Shown piece after piece: positions 51,352 to 61,730 of a stretch of DNA of 64,000 nucleotides. The notes beneath the pieces were generated by a model. It had not been told where the DNA came from. It did not search any database and worked only from the letters and a program-made list of their open reading frames with translations. The stretch comes from Terriglobia bacterium (GTDB taxonomy: Bacteria > Acidobacteriota > Terriglobia > 20CM-2-55-15), in assembly GCA_965218585.1 (NCBI GenBank), contig CBDCLE010000002.1:32001-96000 (forward strand), in the 5' to 3' direction. Each line of letters opens with the position of its first letter. Within the stretch, counting starts at the first letter, position 1. Made by a program: the position numbers and the translations under genes.

Positions 51352-52530
51352 TTCAGCGCCGATGAAGAGCTCGGTTACGTATACATGCCGATCTCGTCAC
51401 CGACGAGTGACATGTATGGTGGCCACCGGATCGGCGACAATCTGTTCGGTCAAAGCCTCGTCGCGGTGGATGCGGAAACCGGGGAGAGAGTATGGCACTT
51501 CCAAACAGTGCATCACGGCTTGTGGGATTACGACCTTCCCGCAGCACCCATTTTGATGGACATCACGGTGGATGGCCAGCCGATCAAAGCAGTCGCGCAG
51601 ATCACAAAGCAGGCGTTCACTTTCGTTTTTGATCGCGAGACTGGCGAGCCGGTCTGGCCGATTGAAGAGCGTCTCGTACCGCAGTCGACGACACCGGGCG
51701 AGCAGACTTCTCCGACACAACCGTTCCCGACCGTGCCGGCACCCTTCGACCTGCAAGGCTCCACCGAGGATAATCTGATCGATTTCACACCGGAGCTTCG
51801 CGCTGAAGCGGTCGAGATCGCGCGGCGGTACGTCACGGGTCCCCTGTTCACTCCGCCATCGATTGGCGGCGATGGCCCCAATGACACGCTCGGAACGATT
51901 CAACTTCCAGGTTCGCAGGGCGGAGCTGATGTGCAGGGAGCGGCCTTCGATCCTGACACCGGCTATTTGTATGTCCCGTCGATTACATCGCCGTTCATGG
52001 CCGACCTCGAGGCAGGCGATCCTGAGCGAGGGAACCTACGGTACGTGAAGGGTACAAGGCGTTGGATTTCCGGGCCGCGTGGGCTGCCGCTGTTCAAGCC
52101 ACCTTACGGGAGGATCACTGCCATCGACATGAATACAGGGGAGCATGTCTGGATGGTTCCGAATGGCGACGGCCCCCGTGATCACCCGGCGATTGAACAT
52201 CTGAATCTAGGGCCGCTCGGCAACCCTGGGCGGCCGTCGCCTCTGCTTACCAGAACCCTGTTGTTCATAGGCGAGGGCTTGACGAACATCGATGTCGACG
52301 ATGACCCGCGAGTCCTGCCGGGAATGCCGGCCGATATCGTAACGAACAGCGGTGGTAACAAGTTCCGAGCCTACGACAAGGCAACGGGAGAAACTCTGTG
52401 GGAAACCGAACTCCCTGCGGGCACGACGGGACCACCGGTCAGCTACATGTTCGGTGGCCAGCAATACATCGTCGTAGCGATTGGAGACAGCCAACATCGG
52501 GCCGAGTTGGTGGCGTTCAGTCTTCCGTAG
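51352..52530 (+). pseudogene. PQQ-dependent (glucose/quinate-type) dehydrogenase, C-terminal fragment truncated by IS3
   Basis: [58 protein letters not shown]. Confidence 0.88.
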
Positions 52531-52761
52531 TTTAGACAGAATCGACCCTGACACGCGTGCAATGGATTCAAGGTTGTTCAGATAGGAAATCTGCGGCCTA
52601 TAGCACCTAACCCTTCGTCAAACGCACTGGCCGAAAGTCCTAGTCGAGTCAATCCGCCCCAACTATAATCGGGTGTTTCTGGCATCTTTCGGAATCTGGA
52701 CACACGCCAAGTGAGACTCTTAGAGCATCTGTTCACGCAAATAGGAAAAAATGAGGTCCCT

Positions 52762-53553
52762 ATGAAATTAACGATTTCTCTGATAGTGGCGACGCTGCTG
52801 CTGACCGGAACCGCTTTTTCACAAGAAACGGACACGATTTTTCTGGAGGAGCTCACATGGATCGAGGTCCGCGATGCGATCCAGAGTGGGACCACTACAA
52901 TTATCATACCGACGGCCGGCACCGAACAAAACGGCCCGCATAGTGTCCTGGGTAAACACAAGTACGTCATGAACCATGCTGCGGACCTGATCGCCCGTCG
53001 TCTCGAAAACACTCTCGTGGCTCCTGTGATGACGTATGTGCCTGAGGGTGACGTCGAACCACCGTCGGGGCACATGCGCTATGCGGGGACAATTACGCTT
53101 CCCAATGAATACTTCATGAAAGTCCTCGAATACGCAGCGCGCAGTCTGCGGGTCCATGGTTTCACCGACATCGTGTTCATCGGCGATAGTGGCGGCAACC
53201 AGGAAGGCATGCTAGAGGTCTCTCGAATGCTCAACGAAGAGTGGGAAGGTGGGGAAACCCGCGTTCATTTCATTGACGACTACTATTCCAACAATGGCAT
53301 TGACGAGTGACTGCTCGGCCAGGGAGAAACGGCTGATACGATTGGGCACGCGGGCATCAGCGACACTTCGCAACTGCTCTTCGTGGCGCCCGAACATATA
53401 CGGCGCAACGAACTGGCACCGGGGGGTGGTTTCGAGGGCAGCGGCGTCGGCGGTGATCCGTCGCGAGCGTCCACGGACTACGGCAGGAAAGGCATCGAAC
53501 TAAAAGTGGAAGTGGCCGTTCGGCAAATCATGGCCCTCATGGCTGGAAGGTAG
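52762..53553 (+). pseudogene. Secreted creatininase family protein with internal TGA (53308-53310)
   Basis: LEELTW, GTEQNGPH, GDSGGNQ; the frame continues after TGA with GHAGISDTS..GDPSRAS. Confidence 0.85.
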
Positions 53554-53625
53554 TCCCAAGAGTGCAGCCTCTCATGAATTTCGATACGACTCGAGTTTGA
53601 AACTTTTTTCGAGGAGGACTCCTGA

Positions 53626-55212
53626 ATGCATTCTCGTCATTGGATCGCAGCCGCCGCGCTGTTGGTGACAGTTCACGTTCCGGGCATCGCCCAAGACAAC
53701 GCCCAACTGGATCAGCTGAAGACCGAGGTCGGCCAGCGGGTCGATGATATGGAAACCTTCACACAGCAGATGGTCGACATGATTTTCAGTTTTGGAGAAT
53801 TGGGTTTCCACGAAACCCGCACCTCGGCGTACCTCACGGACATCCTCGAGGAAAACGGCTTCGAGGTGGAGCGAGGCATTTCGGGTATGCCAACAGCATG
53901 GATGGCAACCTGGGGATCCGGATCGCCTGTGATAGCTCTCGGCAGCGACATCGATGGCATTCCCAAGGCATCCCAGAAACCTGGCGTCGCCTACCACGAC
54001 CCGATTGTCGAAGGGGCTCCGGGACACGGTGAGGGACACAACTCGGGACAGGCTGTCAACATCACCGCAGCCATCGCCGTCAAGGAAATCATGGAACGGG
54101 ACGGCATACAGGGCACGTTGAAGATCTGGCCGGGGGTTGCCGAAGAGCAGCTCGGCTCGAAAGCCTATTTCGTTCGTGACGGATTCTTCGAGGATGTCGA
54201 CATCGTCCTGTTTTCACACGTGAGCAATAACCTGTCCACCTCTTACGGCCCGACAGCCGGCAGCGGGCTGGTCTCGATCGAATTCAGTTTCCATGGAGAG
54301 GCTGCACACGGCGCAGGCGCGCCGTGGAGGGGTCGAAGCGCTCTGGATGCCGTGGAGCTTATGAACGTCGGCTGGAACTACCGCCGCGAACACATGCGCC
54401 TGCAGCAGCGATCGCATTACGTGATTTCCAACGGCGGGGATCAGCCCAATGTCGTACCCTCAGAGGCTTCGGTCTGGTACTACTTCCGTGAAACGACCTA
54501 CCCGCGTATCGCAGACATGCTCGAAGCGGGTCAGGCGATGGCCGCCGCCGCCGCGATGATGACGGGAACGGAAATGGAACACCGAATCCTGGGCTCGGCG
54601 TGGCCCGCTCATTTCAACAAGACCTTGGCCGAGACGATGCAGGAGAACATAGAGGCGGTCGGCTTACCCGAGTGGAGCGATGACGACCAGACGTTGGCCC
54701 GTGCTGTGCAGGCAGAATTGGGCAACGAGGAGCAACCGGGTCTGGCCACCAGCATCGGCCCGCTGCCCGAACCGATCATAGAGTCCCAGGGAGGTTTTTC
54801 CGACGACCTCGGGGATATTTCCTGGAACGTGCCGACGGTGACTCTCCGATTCCCGTCGAACATTCCGGGTCTGCCAGGACACCACTGGGCCAGCGCAGTG
54901 GCGATGGCAACGCCGATCGCGCACAAGGGAGCCACGGCTGGGGCCAAGGTTCAGGCAATGACCGTTCTCGACTTCCTTCTCCAACCCGACCTCGGAGATG
55001 AAGCCTGGGAATACTTCCGGGAAGTCCAGACGAAGGATACGACCTACACGCCTTTTATCGGCACCGAGGACACACCGGCCCTCCATCTGAACCGAGACAT
55101 CATGGAGCAGTTCGGCCCTCAGTTGGAAGAGCACTATTTTGACCCCACAAGGTACGACACGTACCTGGAACAACTAGGAATCGAGTATCCGACTGTTCGG
55201 GATTCGCGCTAA
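53626..55212 (+). CDS. Secreted M20 amidohydrolase (AbgB-like)
   Basis: ELGFHE, GHGEGHN, AEE, GRSALDAVELM, QPNVVP, SDDLGDISW. Confidence 0.9.
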   Translation: MHSRHWIAAAALLVTVHVPGIAQDNAQLDQLKTEVGQRVDDMETFTQQMVDMIFSFGELGFHETRTSAYLTDILEENGFEVERGISGMPTAWMATWGSGSPVIALGSDIDGIPKASQKPGVAYHDPIVEGAPGHGEGHNSGQAVNITAAIAVKEIMERDGIQGTLKIWPGVAEEQLGSKAYFVRDGFFEDVDIVLFSHVSNNLSTSYGPTAGSGLVSIEFSFHGEAAHGAGAPWRGRSALDAVELMNVGWNYRREHMRLQQRSHYVISNGGDQPNVVPSEASVWYYFRETTYPRIADMLEAGQAMAAAAAMMTGTEMEHRILGSAWPAHFNKTLAETMQENIEAVGLPEWSDDDQTLARAVQAELGNEEQPGLATSIGPLPEPIIESQGGFSDDLGDISWNVPTVTLRFPSNIPGLPGHHWASAVAMATPIAHKGATAGAKVQAMTVLDFLLQPDLGDEAWEYFREVQTKDTTYTPFIGTEDTPALHLNRDIMEQFGPQLEEHYFDPTRYDTYLEQLGIEYPTVRDSR

Positions 55213-55343
55213 AGAGTTGGCCGCTGGGCTTTAAAATCGACCTTGTCGGAAGTTAAGAACAGGATCGATTTGCCCCTGTTTTTACCGAGGTGAATCTCGA
55301 TTTCGCCGTGCCAGGATTGGATTCCAAACGATTCGTTCCCCGG

Positions 55344-56342
55344 TTACCTGCTCAGGGATCCCTGCCCATCGATCCGATCGGCAAGATGTCCGACAGCGAT
55401 CGCGAAGAAGTGCGAGCGGTTCCAGCGAAGCAGGGCCCGGTAGTTCTGGTAGACGAGAAACGCGGGTTCGGAACCGTCGGAGGGGAGAATAACCGAACCC
55501 TCGATATCGACTGACGGGAGCGGGGTCCCGTCGATCCGGCGCACACCCAGCGCCTGCCATGCATCCAGCGGCATCGACGTGTCGAGACCAGCAAGGCTCG
55601 AATCGAACCCATCTGGCAGTTGGACCTGCCGGCCCCATATGTATCCGCGGCGCCAGGACCTCGACATGAAATTAGCCGCCGACTCCAGCGCGTCCGGAGT
55701 GCTCTGCCAGATATCGATCTGTCCGTCTCCATTGCCGTCTTCGGCAAAGTCAACGAAAGTCGATGGCATGAACTGGACCTGGCCCATAGCGCCGGCCCAC
55801 GAACCCTTCATGTCTTCCAGACCGATGTGGCCTTCATCGAGGATCCTCAGGGCCTGGATCAGCTCGCGGCGGAACATCGTGGCCCGGCGTGGGTCGTAAG
55901 CCAGTGTGGCCAGAGAATTGATCACGGAGAAACCACCCAGGTTCGAGCCGAAATTGCTTTCGATTCCCCAGACAGCCACCAGCATCGGCGCGGGGATTCC
56001 ATACCGGCCAGCAATATCGTCCAGCAGGTTCCGGTTTTCCGCGAGCAGCCGGCGGCCTCGCTCGATCCTTTCCTCGGAAGCGATCCGATCCAGATACGTC
56101 CAGAAATCCAACCGGACTTCCGGCTGATTCCGATCGAGTTCGATCACCCGTTCGACCGGCGTGATTTCACCGAGTGCAGTCTCCACTGTCGCCTCTGAAA
56201 TCCCAGCCTCAAGTGCCTCGGCACGGAGATCATTCAGCCACTGGGCGAAAGGCACTGACTGAGGGCCCTCAGATGTGGGGGATTCCAGACCTGGGGGAGT
56301 CATAGCCACCACAATTATCAAAGCAAGAGTTGCAACGTACAT
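55344..56342 (-). CDS. Lytic murein transglycosylase (MltB/SLT_2 family)
   Basis: LDRNQPE, WGIESNFG, GSWAGAMGQVQFMPS, DGNGDG, WNRS. Confidence 0.92.
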   Translation of the reverse strand: MYVATLALIIVVAMTPPGLESPTSEGPQSVPFAQWLNDLRAEALEAGISEATVETALGEITPVERVIELDRNQPEVRLDFWTYLDRIASEERIERGRRLLAENRNLLDDIAGRYGIPAPMLVAVWGIESNFGSNLGGFSVINSLATLAYDPRRATMFRRELIQALRILDEGHIGLEDMKGSWAGAMGQVQFMPSTFVDFAEDGNGDGQIDIWQSTPDALESAANFMSRSWRRGYIWGRQVQLPDGFDSSLAGLDTSMPLDAWQALGVRRIDGTPLPSVDIEGSVILPSDGSEPAFLVYQNYRALLRWNRSHFFAIAVGHLADRIDGQGSLSR

Positions 56343-56467
56343 TGTTCAGCCCCGATTGTGCCCTTTGATAGATTACTTCAATAAATTACTTCACGGGATC
56401 CTAGCCGATCCCACATCCGAAACCGGTCCAACGTGCAGAATAGAATGACCACAGTTAAAGGTAAATA

Positions 56468-56550
56468 AAGGGACACACTACTCAATCACCGAATTAGTCT
56501 CTAGAATTCCTGTGGCTGAGAATTCGGTGATTGAGTAGTCTGTCCCCTTA
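56468..56550. repeat. Long imperfect inverted repeat (REP-like) between divergent genes
   Basis: AAGGGACACACTACTCAATCACCGAATT ... AATTCGGTGATTGAGTAGTCTGTCCCCTT. Confidence 0.7.
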
Positions 56551-56598
56551 ATTGCACGGATCACGCATCATCGCCCCCTGTATTGAAAGGAGAACGCT

Positions 56599-57534
56599 AT
56601 GTCTTGTTTCTTCAGATCCTCTGTCCGTTTCCTTTGTTTCTTGATGCTGATCGGGTTGACCGCGTGCGGTCCTGCCCCGGAGACACCTGCTCCGGAACCC
56701 GAAGCCCAGCCCGCGGCGGACCCGTCAACGCCAATCTGGTCCGTTACCGAAGGTATCGACACACCCGAGAGCGTCTATGTCGATCCAGATTCCAATTCTA
56801 TTTTCGTATCGCAGATCGTGGGCGATCCGGGAGCGGCCGACGGGATAGGCCGGATCGTCCAGCTTGGCATGGACGGAACGCTTATCGACAGCGAATGGGC
56901 CTCCGGGCTCAATGCTCCGAAGGGGCTTCGCAGTGACGCCGGCGTTCTGTGGGTCGCCGACATGAGTACGGTCATCGGATTCGAGATCGCAACGGGCGAC
57001 GAGGTTGCCCGCATCGAAATCGACGGATCCCAGTTTCTGAACGACGTGGCTGTGGGCAGTGACGGTACGGTCTATGTGTCCGACTTTACGGCGAACCGGA
57101 TATACGGAATTCAGGATGGCAACGTGAGCGTTGTTGCTGAAGGAGAACAGCTGGAGTTTCCCAACGGATTGCTGGTCGAAGACGGTCGCCTCATCGTCGG
57201 AGGTTGGGGCGAACCTGCTGCAGACTTTTCAACAGAGGTGCCGGGCCGACTGTATGCGTTGGATCTGGAAACCGGAGAAAAGACGCTGATCACACCCGAG
57301 CCTTTCGCCAACATCGACGGTGTCGAGAGCGATGGTAGCGGCGGATATGTCATCACCAGCTACCTCGCCGGACAAATCCTGCATGTCACCCCCAGCGGTG
57401 CGGTCACTGAGGTGGCTGGGTTCGGTCCGGGAACGGCCGACCACGCGTTCGTTGCGGAGACCGGCACCGCGATCATCCCGCACATGAACGAGAACACGAT
57501 CTCCGCTTATGATCTTTCGGGCGTGTTGGACTAG
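56599..57534 (+). CDS. Lipoprotein, SMP-30/beta-propeller family
   Basis: Lipobox LTAC, TPESV, LNAPKG, FLNDV, FPNGL, IDGVE. Confidence 0.82.
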   Translation: MSCFFRSSVRFLCFLMLIGLTACGPAPETPAPEPEAQPAADPSTPIWSVTEGIDTPESVYVDPDSNSIFVSQIVGDPGAADGIGRIVQLGMDGTLIDSEWASGLNAPKGLRSDAGVLWVADMSTVIGFEIATGDEVARIEIDGSQFLNDVAVGSDGTVYVSDFTANRIYGIQDGNVSVVAEGEQLEFPNGLLVEDGRLIVGGWGEPAADFSTEVPGRLYALDLETGEKTLITPEPFANIDGVESDGSGGYVITSYLAGQILHVTPSGAVTEVAGFGPGTADHAFVAETGTAIIPHMNENTISAYDLSGVLD

Positions 57535-57550
57535 AGCGCGGCATGAAGAA

Positions 57551-57576
57551 AGCCCTCAGCCACGTGGCTGAGGGCT
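57551..57576. terminator. Perfect palindrome between convergent genes
   Basis: AGCCCTCAGCCACGTGGCTGAGGGCT. Confidence 0.65.
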
Positions 57577-57585
57577 CGCATCGCA

Positions 57586-58767
57586 TTAGCGTTGATCGGA
57601 AACAACGACGCCTTCCTTGATCGTCATCTTGACGTCCAGGTAGTTCCAGTAGCCTTCCAGCGGGTCTCCACCGAGAAGAACGATGTCGGCCAGTTTCCCT
57701 GTATCCAAGGTTCCAAGATCGTCACTCATGTCGACAAATGACGCCGAGCCTGGCCCCATCAGCTTGACGAGGTCCAGGGGGGAGAACATCAGGTTGAGCG
57801 ACCGTAATTCGTGCTGCAATGCTGATTTGGGCAGATACCCGGTGTCGGTGCCGTAACCATAGACAACGCCCGCATCCCAAAGCGTCCGCGCGTTCACAGC
57901 CTTCTCGCCTGCGGCGTTGGAACCGGTCCCAAGGATTTCCTCCGGCCACCGGCTGCCGTCCCGGAAGGTGGGGACGTTGTCGTTGTTGAAGACATCGAAC
58001 AGCGGAACGGCAAACCCGATGGTCGAGGAATTCTCGATTCCGGCGTCGGCCACGGCCTGCGCCTCTTCCGGAGTCATGAAGCTGTCGTGCGGCGTGTGGA
58101 CGAGCTTGTCGGTGCCGGCTGCCACCGCCGCGTTCATCGCAGGAACCGTCACCGCGTGGGTCATAACCTGGAGGTCAACCTGGTGCGCCTCTTCCACCAG
58201 AGCCGCAAGGACCTCCCTTTCCGTACCGGCCTCGGTCAGGTTGATGCTGGTCTTGATAATGTCAACGCCTGCGGCCGCCGCCGCTCGAACCTGCTCCCGG
58301 GCTTCATCCGCCGTACCGTTCGTGTTCGCCCGCGCGGATGTGATGATTCGCGGGCCAATCAATTCGCCGCTCTCCACCCTGCTCTTCAAGTCCGTGATTC
58401 CCGGAGGACGTCCCCCGCCTTCCATGAGCGTGGTAAACCCGGCGTCGAGAAACTCTTGCATGCTTACCGCCGCCCCGCTATCAAACCACTCGTCCGCCGG
58501 CCCACGGATGATGTGACGATGGCCGTCGATGAAAGCCGGCATCGCGGTCATTCCCTCGGCATCGATTTCTTCCAATCCCTCTGCCGTGGCTCCGGCACCG
58601 ACTGAAGCGATCCGGCCGTCCCGGATCACGATGTTGCCACGCTCGATTACTCCGTTTACATCCAAGATCCGGGCATTCCGGATCAACAGGTCCTGCGCTT
58701 CCAGATTCTCGGCAACGCCCAGGCTCATCAGAAAAGCCAGGCAGACAAAAACAAGCAGTCGTTTCAT
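57586..58767 (-). CDS. Secreted metal-dependent amidohydrolase
   Basis: Signal peptide MKRLLVF; PAFIDGHRH, IIK, THA, GTDTG, GKLADIV. Confidence 0.88.
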   Translation of the reverse strand: MKRLLVFVCLAFLMSLGVAENLEAQDLLIRNARILDVNGVIERGNIVIRDGRIASVGAGATAEGLEEIDAEGMTAMPAFIDGHRHIIRGPADEWFDSGAAVSMQEFLDAGFTTLMEGGGRPPGITDLKSRVESGELIGPRIITSARANTNGTADEAREQVRAAAAAGVDIIKTSINLTEAGTEREVLAALVEEAHQVDLQVMTHAVTVPAMNAAVAAGTDKLVHTPHDSFMTPEEAQAVADAGIENSSTIGFAVPLFDVFNNDNVPTFRDGSRWPEEILGTGSNAAGEKAVNARTLWDAGVVYGYGTDTGYLPKSALQHELRSLNLMFSPLDLVKLMGPGSASFVDMSDDLGTLDTGKLADIVLLGGDPLEGYWNYLDVKMTIKEGVVVSDQR

Positions 58768-58904
58768 TCCTCTCGTCCTCCTGATCAGATGCGCAGATGA
58801 TACCGCAACCCAATGCGATTTGCTCGTGCTGGACAACCCGAGCAGGCAAGCGGTCTGATGCCTCAGACAGGAGTTGAAATGTCTTGACGAAAGATCCAAT
58901 AGTA

Positions 58905-60368
58905 CTACTATGTTACAAACGAAGCGGTCCACAGAACGGACAACGAGGAAGCTGCTGAATCAGGAAGCGGGCGATGCGAATGCGAAGCGTGGCAATCGAG
59001 CAGGGGTTATGTCGTTCGGGCCGGATCCGGGGTTCCGCGGGGTTTGAAGTGTTTGGGGAGTTTGGGGACGGATAGTCCAACATGCTCGACAAATGCAGAG
59101 GGGGAAAAACGGCTCCGCTCGGCGACCAGGAACCCATAAGAGGCAATACATAAGGTGCCATGATGGTGAAATCCACGCCAGCCGCGACCTTCGTAGTGTC
59201 CCAGACCGAGTTCCTGCTTGAGTTCCTGATAGTCGCGTTCGATGATCCAGCGCTGTTTGGCCTGACCGGCCAGATCGGAAAGCGAGGTATGGGCCCCAAG
59301 AGTGGAGAGCCAGTACCGGATCGGTTCGGATGCGGTCTTGGGCCACTCGACCAACAACCACTCTTTCGGATGCGGCGAGTGGCGCTCGTGATCCAGATGA
59401 GCGGGACGAATGCGAACTGCGGCGAAACGGGAACGCAGGGTCTCGGAGGTGCCTTCGCGCCAGGAGACGTTCTTCCAACGCTGGGGAGACAACGAGAGGG
59501 CCAGTTGCTTGACCGAAACCGGTTGATGTTTCTTGTTGCGCTGCATGCGGGTCGGTGTCCGTCCGCGGCCGGTCAAGGATTTCGGCGGCAAGGGACCCTG
59601 GCCCGGTTTCCACACGGTCGTGGTGCCTTGCACCCCTAGGACGTAGCTAAGTCCGAGTTCGGTGATGCCGTGCCGGAACTTGTAGTTGTTGCCGTAGGCC
59701 GTATCGCCCAGAACCGGTGCCGGAGCAATGCCGTCATCGACGGCCTGCCGGATTTGTTCCAAAGCAATTTGAGGTTTAGTTTGAAATCGAACGTCTTCGG
59801 GAATAGCGGCTTTGCTTCGACGTTCCGGATCCTTCGCCCAGGTCTCGGGGAGGTAGAGTCGCCATGCCACCGGCAAGCTGGATTTCGCTGTCGCCACCGA
59901 CAGGCTCACCGCCACCCGGCAGTTCTCAGGTTTGCCGACCTGTCCACAGTATTGCCGGGCCACACCCACCGAGTGGGTCCCCTTTTTCACGAATCCGGTG
60001 TCGTCGACAATCCAGGCTTCAATCGGACCGTTGGCTTCCATCGCCCCCAGCGCGTACTGTCGAACTTCTGCCAACAGAGCCGCATCGTCCCAGGGCGCAT
60101 CCGCGACCAGATGATGTAGCGACTGGTGCATTCGGCGTACATTATCCGGAGCCAATCGTGCAGCCATCGGCTCCACACTCTTACGTTTGATCGGCAGCAA
60201 CAACCCGGTGCAGTACGACTTCAACGGTTCATGACGATCGGCGTGTCCTGCGGCCGACGCCAGGCGTTCCAAATAGGCCGCAAAACGTTTTTCCTGAGTG
60301 CCTGGCGCCTTCGATTTGGCGCTCATGACCGGATGCTAACATAAAATAGGCCGCTTGTAACACAGTAG
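58905..60368 (-). mobile_element. IS701-family insertion sequence
   Basis: IRs CTACTATGTTACAA / TTGTAACACAGTAG; 5-bp TSD TAGTA (58900-58904, 60369-60373). Confidence 0.9.
59007..60326 (-). CDS. IS701 transposase
   Basis: RKSVEPMA, VDDTGFVKKG.HSVGVARQYCG, GDTAYG, RWIIERDYQELKQELGLGHYEGR. Confidence 0.95.
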   Translation of the reverse strand: MSAKSKAPGTQEKRFAAYLERLASAAGHADRHEPLKSYCTGLLLPIKRKSVEPMAARLAPDNVRRMHQSLHHLVADAPWDDAALLAEVRQYALGAMEANGPIEAWIVDDTGFVKKGTHSVGVARQYCGQVGKPENCRVAVSLSVATAKSSLPVAWRLYLPETWAKDPERRSKAAIPEDVRFQTKPQIALEQIRQAVDDGIAPAPVLGDTAYGNNYKFRHGITELGLSYVLGVQGTTTVWKPGQGPLPPKSLTGRGRTPTRMQRNKKHQPVSVKQLALSLSPQRWKNVSWREGTSETLRSRFAAVRIRPAHLDHERHSPHPKEWLLVEWPKTASEPIRYWLSTLGAHTSLSDLAGQAKQRWIIERDYQELKQELGLGHYEGRGWRGFHHHGTLCIASYGFLVAERSRFSPSAFVEHVGLSVPKLPKHFKPRGTPDPARTT

Positions 60369-60558
60369 TAGTAGCGGATCACGTCAATTTATATGCGGAG
60401 GACGCCAAGGTTCAAGGAGGAGCGTACCACCACCCGATGGGACCTGCCACAGGCCACTATTCACAGCGTTCCAGAAGATTATCGTGCTGTCAGCACCATT
60501 AACGGTTAATATTCGCGTCAATGCACAAGCGAATCGCGGACTTAGGGGGAGACAGTTG

Positions 60559-60966
60559 ATGGCCAAACGACTCTTTAGCTTACTAAGCGCAGTCCTACTC
60601 ATTTCCTGCTGCGCCGACGCTCATCACTCCTGGACCTTTGGCTACCAGGCCGGCGATATCGTCGAAGTGGAGGGCGTGGTCAAGGAGATCTGGTTCGCAA
60701 GTCCCCATGCCCGCATCAGGGTAGAGATGACCAACGAGGCGGGCGAGGCGGAGCTCTGGGAGGGGGAAACCTGGCCTGCCAGCGTGCTCATCCGCCGAGG
60801 CTGGACCTACGACAAGATAGCGGTTGGTGACACGATCGTGATCGTCGGCGAACGAGCCAGAGGTGGCCGGCTCGGCCTGCACATCCAGACAATAGCGAGA
60901 CCCTCCGACGGCTGGGAAGCGTTTGTGGGCCTTGGCTCACCCAACAATTTCTCCCTGGGGAATTAG
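60559..60966 (+). CDS. DUF6152-like secreted protein (signal peptide + HHS)
   Basis: ADA|HHSW..EGVVKEIWFASPH..WEGE..GDTIVIVG. Confidence 0.8.
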   Translation: MAKRLFSLLSAVLLISCCADAHHSWTFGYQAGDIVEVEGVVKEIWFASPHARIRVEMTNEAGEAELWEGETWPASVLIRRGWTYDKIAVGDTIVIVGERARGGRLGLHIQTIARPSDGWEAFVGLGSPNNFSLGN

Positions 60967-60968
60967 CC

Positions 60969-61664
60969 ATGGATTTCCCAACGACTCTGACAACCGGAGC
61001 CCTCATGGCACTCTTCATACTCTCCGGATTCCAGGCAGAAGGGCAGACGAATCAAGGACCAGAGGACGCGATTGTGCCCGATCTAAGTGGAATCTGGGTG
61101 GCGGCGCCCGGTCGAAATCACGGCCGCAGTGGCTTCCTCTCCATGGAACTTCCATTTTCCGACGCTGGTCGGGCCGCCTGGCAGGACTACGTCCAGGACA
61201 CTGACCCGGCTATGGGTTGCTCGATCGATTACGGACGAGTAACCGGCACATCGTTCTTCCCGATGGAAATCCTGCAAGGAGAGGACGTCGTGCATATTTT
61301 GTTTGAGTACGATCACCAGGTGCGCCGCGTTTACATCGACGGGGTGAACCAGCCCCCGGGACAGCCGCCGAGCCGCATGGGGCTGTCGGTGGGTCGTTGG
61401 GAAGGAGATACGCTCATAGTGGAGGTCACTCACCTGATGAGCGGCTATTTTTACGAGCGCGGTTTTGGACCCTATTCCGATGATACCCAGATCACGGAGC
61501 GATTCTCTATCAGTGAAGATGGTCAATTGCTCACGGTGACGCGAACCATCAACGACACAACGTTTTTCACTCGACCCTTTGATTGGACGACGGAACATGT
61601 GCCAGGGGAGTACATCTACCCGTACGAATGCGAACTTCGTGACTACTTGCCCGCGCCGGAATAG
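60969..61664 (+). CDS. Secreted DUF6152-partner protein
   Basis: PDLSGIW, DPAMGC, PMEI, RRVYID, GLSVGRWEGDTLIVE, ERF, YEC; starts 2 bp after the DUF6152 gene. Confidence 0.78.
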   Translation: MDFPTTLTTGALMALFILSGFQAEGQTNQGPEDAIVPDLSGIWVAAPGRNHGRSGFLSMELPFSDAGRAAWQDYVQDTDPAMGCSIDYGRVTGTSFFPMEILQGEDVVHILFEYDHQVRRVYIDGVNQPPGQPPSRMGLSVGRWEGDTLIVEVTHLMSGYFYERGFGPYSDDTQITERFSISEDGQLLTVTRTINDTTFFTRPFDWTTEHVPGEYIYPYECELRDYLPAPE

Positions 61665-61730
61665 TACGGCCGTGGCGCCTTCGGTCCCCGGAATCGGCAT
61701 TTTTCTTTGTCGAAAGTTGCCCTCAGTACT